Below, piece after piece: positions 55,966 through 64,000 of a stretch of 64,000 nucleotides of DNA (positions are counted from its first letter, which is position 1; every line of letters starts with the position of its first letter). The stretch is from Octopus sinensis. Taxonomy: Eukaryota. The translations under genes and the position numbers were made by a program. The notes beneath the pieces were generated by a model, which saw only the letters and a list, made by a program, of their open reading frames with translations, was not told where the DNA came from and searched no databases. The DNA lies in NCBI RefSeq assembly GCF_006345805.1, contig NC_042999.1, forward strand, positions 65,224,001-65,288,000, written 5' to 3'.

Positions 55966-57650
55966 CACTGCGATGCAAAAAGACGCGAGATGTGTGCAGC
56001 ATTGAAATATATTTTAATTTCATTGAAGGCGGTGAGCCGGCGAAATGCGTAGCCGTATTTTGTCTGCCGTTACGTTCTGAGTTAAACTTCCGCCGAGGTC
56101 GATTTTGCCTTTAATGTTTTCGGGGTTGATAAATTAAGTACCAGTTACGCACTGGGGTCGATGTAATCGACTTAATCCCTTTCTATGTCCTTGTTTGTCC
56201 CCTCTTTGTTTAGCTCCTAGTGGGTAGTAAAGAAATATATATTTTAATTTCATTATGTCAGAAATAAATTTTGATACATCTGATTAAGTCAATTGCTTGG
56301 TTGCCCTTTCACCACAGTCTATGGATCGTTGTCATGAGTTCTGGTAGTGGGAGTATCCAGCACATCGAGATTGTAGGGCGTGACATGTTGAATGCGGTGT
56401 CTGCTCTCCCTGGGTTTTCAAAACAGCTATACACCGTCGGTACATGGAATGCATGAGGCAGTTCACAAAATCCATTGGCGCCTGTGCCCACACCCCGAGG
56501 AAAGCTGCCTCCAGTTCCACATGAATTGTCGGCCTTTGGACCACCTAGTTGAGCCGTCTCTGGATTTTATTCCCCAGGTGTTCAATAGAGTTCAAATCCG
56601 GGCCGAGACCCGGCAACGGCATGGTGCTGATGTTGTACTGATGCAGGAAGTCCAAGGTGACCCTGGCTGTGTGGAAGGGAGCATTGTTCTGCTGGATCTC
56701 CTGGCTATGGTGACATGCAAAGATACACACGATTTGAGGTCTTAGGATCTGGTCAACGTGGCGCTGCGCTCTGGTGCAATTCCCTCTGCCTGCACCAACA
56801 TTTTGAAACACATGGGGCCCAATTCTCTGATTCAGGCCTATAGCACCCCAAACCATGATACTTTTCCACCCCACGCGTCTCTCTCCATGTGACATGCGTC
56901 TCTGTAGCGTACACCACACGCTGACTCTGCCATTTGAGGTGGAAACGCAGTACCGAATCTCGTCAGAGAAGACTGTCGACCTCCATCGTTGATGCCGCCA
57001 ATGTCGGTGCTGTGTAGCCCATAGTAGTTATGTCTGACAGCGGTGGGCGGTGAGGACAGTCAACGCAGGTTGTTGACGGCCAGTCGACATCGTACCGTGC
57101 CGTTCCTGATGTGCCGCTCTGCAGTGCCAATGTAGTTGCGAGCTGTCAAGCTGGCCGGTCTCAAAAGATGACGGAGGTGTTGCCTGTGAATGAAGCGGCT
57201 CTGCCTGGGCGTGGTCACACGGAGGCGCCCTCTGCAAGCACGGTCTGCAGCGCTGTTGGTGTTGTATCGGTGTTGTAGCAATAGGCAATGCTGACATGGA
57301 CATTGTAAGCCGTCGCAAAATCCAGGACACGCTGCCCTTTTTGCAATCAGCTGATAGCTTGTTCTTTCTGCGCTGCTGGCAATAGGGCCAGATATGATGC
57401 GTCTAAATTACGAATGCCAGAAATGCGAGTCAAGTTGAATTTTATTCCCATACCCTCCACGAGATGCACGTGTATTTCGTTTTTTGGCGTCTTGCTCAGG
57501 GAAAGTTGAAAGGTTACCTGCAATTTGGATCTCAGCCGTAAACCAAACTAGCATGTCTTGAAATATTTACACTTACATCGTTGAAATAAATTTTCAGAAT
57601 TTAACATATAAAGTGACATTTGGAAAAATCGTGTTTCTTTCGCGGTTTAG
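55966..57650 (-). mobile_element. Tc1-family transposon, decayed, with a nested SINE
   Basis: RGRLRVTTPRQSRFI, SIMVWGAIG, QQNNAPFHTAR, PDLNSIEHL and LMHSMYRRC. Weakly matching TA-flanked ends. Confidence 0.85.
56025..56236 (+). mobile_element. SINE S2 monomer with an 18-bp target-site duplication
   Basis: ATATATTTTAATTTCATT at 56007-56024 and 56237-56254. Confidence 0.92.
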
Positions 57651-57902
57651 TATATATATATATATAATTAATAATATCAGGGTAATAAAGATTTTATAAA
57701 TTTTTACTACCTGTGGCCTAGCGTGTAGAAAACTTAGTCAATAGACTATATATTATTCATATAAATACAGTGTGTATTTAAACACATAAGCGGTGTCCGT
57801 CACAGGATTCCTTTCACGCTAGGAGGAACAGCTAAAGTCCAAACCACTATTAGGGATAAAAACTCGAATGGAATGAAAAATAAAAACATTTACCATCTAC
57901 CT

Positions 57903-57970
57903 CCTGGATCATGGTTTCAGATATTTTTAGCAAATAAAATAATTTGCTAGGCGAAGTCTTCATCAACAGG
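57903..57970 (-). ncRNA. Type I hammerhead-like motif (family F)
   Basis: CCTG-TTGATGA-AGA...(TAGCAAAT/ATTTGCTA hairpin)...TCT-GAAA-CCA-TGA-T-C-CAGG. C3U change and one mismatch in the palindromic stem III. Confidence 0.5.
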
Positions 57971-58063
57971 TACGCCTAGATTAAACATATAAGTACAAGG
58001 AAATCCAGTATGTGCCTCTTGCTTATACAACTTATTTGTTTAAATGTACACTGTAATGATATG

Positions 58064-58175
<112 letters not shown>

Positions 58176-58417
58176 CAATTGAGGATAAAATCTTTAAAAG
58201 AAATTATCAGTAGTCAGAGTGAAAGATCTCGTAAGAGAAAAATCCGTAAATTCTTCCTCTTTGAAAATATAAATATATATATATATATATTATATATATA
58301 TATATATATAATATATATATATATAAGTTCAGCAACGATTTAGATTCAAATGAATATGGCACTTAATTTAGATGCACCAGAATTTTTAAGGTGTTACCCA
58401 TAAAAATATGCGGGGTG

Positions 58418-59145
58418 ATTATAATCAAAAGTAAGCAACAAGAATGAATCCGGTAATTTAGTACAATTGCTCCATATTACAACATTTTATTAAAAGCTGT
58501 AAATATTAGAGCAGATTTAAGATGCCGAGTAATCTTCAGCTAATTTTATATAGGTTTTCCAATAATATAAAGTTCTCAGATCAATTAATAACATCTTAGA
58601 GAAGGTAAATATACAGATAAAGATGTAGATATGAATCTTAGGAACATGAGGTAGTGTAGTTTGGATACCAACTGACCAAAACTTTGTTCACAACTGACTG
58701 TTGTAAGAAAATTTCCTTAGTTATAAGAATGGGGGTAAGAGCAGGTCAAGAATTCAAGTTAGTTGAAGAAAAGAAGAGGAAAATTCACTCTTCTTTTCTT
58801 CAATTAACTTGAATTCTTGACCTGCTCTTACCCCCATTCTTATAACTAAGGAAATTTTCTTACAACAGTCAGTTGTGAACAAAGTTTTGGTCAGTTGGTA
58901 TCCAAACTACACTACCTCATGTTCCTAAGATTCATATCTACATCTTTATCTGTATATTTACCTTCCCTAAGATGTTATTAATTGATCTGAGAACTTTATA
59001 TTATTGGAAAACCTATATAAAATTAGCTGAAGATTACTCGGCATCTTAAATCTGCTGTAATACTTCCAGCTTTTAATAAAATGTTGTAGTATGAAACAAT
59101 TGTACTAAATTACCGGATTCATTCTTGTCGCTTATTTTTGATTTT
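58418..59145. repeat. About 730-bp fold-back with an HHR in the arms (family G)
   Basis: Arms about 58418-58778 and 58788-59145, centre GAAGAG-GAAAATTCA-CTCTTC. The right arm ends on (TA)n. Confidence 0.92.
59021..59111 (+). ncRNA. Type I hammerhead motif (family G)
   Basis: AATTAG-CTGAAGA-TTACT...AGTAT-GAAA-CAATTG-T-A-CTAAATT. Palindromic stem III ACAATTGT, GUA site after 59104. The first pair of stem II is mismatched. Confidence 0.6.
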
Positions 59146-59153
59146 ATATATAT

Positions 59154-59217
<64 letters not shown>

Positions 59218-59252
59218 CTGTATGTATATATATGTATAAATATTTATATATG

Positions 59253-59294
<42 letters not shown>

Positions 59295-59389
59295 TTATAT
59301 ATGTATATATATATGTATGTATATATATATAAATATTTATATATGTATATATATGTATGTATATATATATATATAAATATTTATATATA

Positions 59390-59580
59390 TAACGGGAACC
59401 TTTATGGAAATAAACAAAAGACGAAGGCAGGTGGAGTACAAACAAACAATTGTATTAGTATGGCGCTCAGGAATATAAATAAAACAAGTCTTTTATGTTT
59501 CGAGCCTACGCTCTTCAACAGAAAGATACGGAGAAAAGAAACACGGAGAGAAACAAGGAGAGAAACAAATGCGTGCAGAA
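59390..59580 (-). mobile_element. HHR family A element
   Basis: TCTTT-CTGTTGAA-GAGC-gtag-GCTC-GAAA-CA-T-A-AAAGA at 59489-59526 (-). Confidence 0.65.
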
Positions 59581-59595
59581 TCTATCTATCTATCA

Positions 59596-59645
<50 letters not shown>

Positions 59646-59668
59646 ATCTATCTATCTATCTATCTATC

Positions 59669-59717
<49 letters not shown>

Positions 59718-59745
59718 ATATATATATATAAATATATATATATGT

Positions 59746-59803
<58 letters not shown>

Positions 59804-59842
59804 TATAGATAAGAAAGTTTGTTTGGTAAAGCACGTGGGTGA

Positions 59843-60514
59843 ATATATAAGAAAATAGTAAAGTGTGAAAAAACGACAGAAGGCTTAAATGTTAAAAAAT
59901 ATATATATTTGTGTCAAAATGTCTGGAGAATATTGGAAAAATTTTTTTTTTTTCCTTTCCTTAAAATGACATAATTTTAAAATTTTTAAAGAAATTACCG
60001 GTTTCGCGTGTAGCTTTTCAAATTTCTTGTGACGTTATGTTTATATTGCATGGAATTATCGTTGTTTTTATTTCCAGGAGATTTCTAAATAAGGGGAGGT
60101 AGTGAGTGATTTTTTCCGGTGTAGGGGAGATAATCGCTTAAAATTTTTTTCCTTTTCCTTGTTAATTTCTCTGTGTCAGTATGTTACTGACACAGAGAAT
60201 TAACAAGGAAAAGGGAAAAAAATTTTTAAGCGATTATCTCCCCTACACCGGAAAAAATCACTCACTACCTCCCCTTATTTAGAAATCTCCTGGAAATAAA
60301 AACAACGATAATTCCATGCAATATAAACATAACGTCACAAGAAATTTGAAAAGCTACACGCGAAACCGGTAATTTCTTTAAAAATTTTTAAAATTATATC
60401 ATTTTAAGGAGGAAAAAAAAAATTTTTCCAATATTCTCCAGACATTTTGACACAAATATATATATTTTTTAACATTTAAGCCTTCTGTCGTTTTTTCACA
60501 CTTTACTATTTTCT

Positions 60515-60520
<6 letters not shown>
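59843..60520. repeat. About 680-bp fold-back with a 40-nt minimal HHR-like motif in both arms (family H)
   Basis: Centre TGTCAGT-ATGTT-ACTGACA. AAGAAAT-TTGAAAA-GC-tacac-GC-GAAA-CC-GG-T-A-ATTTCTT at 60339-60378 (+) and 59989-60028 (-). Confidence 0.9.
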
Positions 60521-60549
<29 letters not shown>

Positions 60550-60760
60550 TATATAGAATAATATATTATATATATATATGTATATATATATAGATATTAT
60601 ATATATATATATAGATAGATATATATATAGATATATAAAATATATATATAAGATATATATATATATATATATATATAGATACCCTTAGTAAACACATAAA
60701 TGTGAAACAAGGTGGAAAAAACGAGTACTCAAATACCAGGGGTAGAGTAATATATATATA

Positions 60761-61249
60761 CAGCGGTTGGACGGCATAATGGAAACATCTTAAAATTTAA
60801 ATAAATATATTTCAAATATGGGGTAGGAGCTCCTTTGGCAGTAATCACAGCTTGAATTCTACAAGGTATGGACTCGTACAGATTTTTGAACTGTTTCCAA
60901 ATGAATTTTTTTCCATTCTTCAGCTAAAATAGTCTCTAGTTCTTGAGGCGATGATGGTGGAACATATCGACTCCTTACTTGTTTTTCTAAAATGCACCAG
61001 AAATGTTCAATAATGTTGAGATCTGGGCACCTATTTGAAAGTCCGATAGATCTGTCATTTTAATGAATTTTAATTGCCTTTTTCTGATTATAACTGAAAG
61101 GAAACAGCAATTTCAGCAAAACATATTAAGTAAGACTAATAATAAATCAAAAAAACAAAATAAATAAACAAGCTTTTGACGGTTTTATAGATATTTCAAA
61201 ACTATTTTGCAATGATGCTAGGTGATTCCATTATTTTGTCCAACCCCTG
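60761..61249 (-). mobile_element. Internally deleted Tc1 element with intact TIRs
   Basis: TIRs CAGCGGTTGGACGGCATAATGGAA and CAGGGGTTGGACAAAATAATGGAA, TA-flanked. Internal translation PDLNIIEHFWCILEKQVRSRYVPPSSPQEL..L.EEWKKI. Confidence 0.9.
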
Positions 61250-61302
61250 TATATATATATTGGCTAAACTGGCAAAATGACCATTCCGAAATATAACATA
61301 TA

Positions 61303-61359
<57 letters not shown>

Positions 61360-62663
61360 GTATATGTATGTAATGTATATTACATTCCCCACATCGTTTA
61401 AATCAGTGTCAATTTGTTGACGTTTCTGCAATTTGGCAGTTCGCTAAATATTCCGGTACTCAATCATAATTGCAGTGCAATGGCTGAAACGATTAAAAGC
61501 TAGAAGATGAAGACAGCATCGGCTCCACCTGTTGCCGTTATTTTTGGTTACCACAGATCAACCCTAGTCGAGCCGACAATTGCATGGAGGCATTTCAATT
61601 ATTACTGCCACACCTTTTAAAGGGTACATTGGATTTTATTAGTCAATGCGTCATTTCGAATTCTAATACATGCAAATGTGATACGAGGGAGATTAAGGCG
61701 CTATTTCTGTTATACCAGCGAATACATATAAACGCCCTCGTTGATTTGCTCTAAGGATAGTAATGGCCGCCTGAGAGCTGGAGACAGTTTATGTCAGTTT
61801 GAATTAGATTATTATCAAATACGTTAGTTCCTACTTCATCAAATGATACGTCAATTTCCACTTCTCCTTTCTCGCATAACTTAGCAACACACTCCGCTCT
61901 AATCGATTACGTATTAATTAGACGAACAAGTATAATAAATACAATTTATTTATCAGTGAATTTGATAAATATTTTATCGATAGATTATCTATCAACTTTG
62001 AATGAAGCTGATGAATAATTCAATAATTTTTAGTTCACCAGTCACATATATCCATGTGTTGTTGTGTCTGTTCTTTCAAGAGCCGTATCATTAAAGTTAT
62101 TGTCGCTTTCTGAGGGATAGCACAATAATAAGTTTTATGAGATTCACTTACTGAATCAGCTAATTTCTATCAATCGCCTCGTGTCATTAATATATTTAAG
62201 TGCTCTATTGATGAGCTTAAGGAGAGCCGTTATATGAGAAATTTATTGACCTCCTCCACCTCCTCTTCCTCCTTTTCCTCTTACTACTACTACTACTACT
62301 ACTACTACACTACTACTACTACTACTACTAGCAACACTAAGATAGCAAGACTTATATGAATAATAATCTTCTCCATCTGTTTCATTATTTGCTTTCTCAG
62401 TTTTATGACAGCTGGTGATCATTCCCTTTCTCAATGAATTACAAATGCTGTTTACAAGTACATAAAGATACGGCATGATACAAATGCAAGCAGTGCAAAT
62501 TATGGTGGCAGAAGCTTTTCAATTCTTTAGTTTATGTATATATCCTGTCTTCTGCCACATATTTAAACGATTCCATGAAATGCTCAAAGGTCGAGTCATA
62601 AGAATTCAAAATTTCACCAAAACTTTTGACGCTACTTTTGTATTCATTTATATTTTAATTAAC

Positions 62664-63039
62664 ACTAGCAGTATCGCCCGGCGTTGCTCGGGTTTGTAAG
62701 GGAAATAACTATAAAGCATTTTTAGAGAGTTATAGCCAAAAAATGGAAAAAAAATGATGGTAAATGTTTTTTTTTAGTGAAAAAGGTCGAGTTGCGTCTC
62801 CTAGACAGTCTGTGGTTTGTGTTTCTGATTCTCGACCCCATGTCGAATTTATCGATTTTTTTTCAGAACTGGGGGTACTTTTCAAAATTTTCGCTGCGTT
62901 AGTTTTGAATTATGACATTGGGCTATGTGTGTGTCAAGTTTCATCAGAATCGGTTGAAAGCCGTGGTCAGGGTGAGGGTACAACCTAACAGACACACAGA
63001 AACACACACAGATAAACTGCCGTTTATATATAGAGAGAT
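62664..63039 (+). mobile_element. Non-autonomous Helitron/Helentron-like (HINE/DINE-1-type) element
   Basis: 5' ACTAG...CGCCCGGCGTTGCTCGGG. 3' AAGTTTCATCAGAATCGGTTG, (CA)-type microsatellite, then TTTATATATAGAGAGAT. Confidence 0.7.
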
Positions 63040-64000
63040 GTATATTCTACATAATCTGCCAATGAGATATACGTATAAACATTAACTTCCCTTCTGTTTT
63101 ATTTCATCCCGTTTGTTGCTTTCATTGACAGCATCTCTGTTGCTTCTTTTGGTATCCTAAATATTGAAGATTTCCTTTTCATTTCTGGTTTATAATTTAA
63201 ACAGGAGTGAAGTGACAGATACTGTAATCTTCGTTGGATTTCTCAAGCCAATAAAATCGATGCACTTAATGCGTATAATAAACATCATATCTTTAATAAG
63301 GACTTGCAAAAAAGGCTTAGCTGGAGACCAAATTTATGCAATAGATATAACTTGATAAATAGCACCCTTAGATCAGATTGTGACGTTAAATAACCTTATA
63401 TCTTGTTTCTACGCTGGATCAGGAGTACTTCATATAGAGACTATATATATAAAATACATTTTAGATGAATATTAAAAAACTTATTCGTTTCGAAATTTTT
63501 GTACGAAATTGGTGACTATGTTGTTTCACAATGAGGAATATTGTCCGATAAAGAACATCTATTTAGTGTAACAGTAATCTCCGTTAACATAGCATGGATG
63601 TTGGTGTTTATGTGAGAGTAAATGAACGGGTGCTATACAGGCAATGCCAGTTGGGTGTATGAACATGTTATTCGCTGTTTCTGGTGAAAAACTGAACATT
63701 GTAGAAAAATGCTTCGAGGAATTTCATTTGCATCAAGTAATTACATAGATCAGGAATAAAACAAACGCCAGGGAGTATATTTAGCTCTCCTCTCATTTTC
63801 TAGTCCTGTTCTTATTATAGGAGAGAAATCATTAATAAATGTCTTTACCGTAAGATACTTCTAGAATGCCTACAGTGATTATATCTTGTGATAGTTGAAG
63901 GGTTGAGAATATCTCATGATGTTACAGTAGAAACTAAATTTGAAATCTTCAATTTTCATATATGCAAAAATGTACATTACGAATAGAATGAAATTTACAA

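Overview
Eukaryotic, AT-rich, microsatellite-dense non-coding DNA. The SINE families and overall repeat make-up look like an Octopus (coleoid cephalopod) genome; this is from memory, not from a search. No host protein-coding gene could be confidently identified, and almost all long ORFs in the track are translations of microsatellites. The window is a graveyard of mobile elements: three CR1-group LINE remnants, four R4/Dong/Rex6-clade fragments, two Penelope-like (PLE) coding remnants, three mariner and two Tc1 remnants, a non-autonomous Helitron/Helentron-like element, and many tRNA-derived SINEs of several families. The main unexplained structure is a set of short ORF-less elements sitting in (TA)n tracts that carry type I hammerhead ribozyme (HHR) motifs with palindromic stem III, the dimer-type HHR known from PLEs. 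By eye there are about 15 motifs from about 8 sequence-unrelated families. Seven of these loci are fold-back inverted dimers. In all seven the ribozymes read outward from the centre, one arm carries a longer 3' tail, and the shorter arm stops at a TA-like microhomology next to (TA)n. All folds and alignments were done by eye, so coordinates of decayed elements are approximate.
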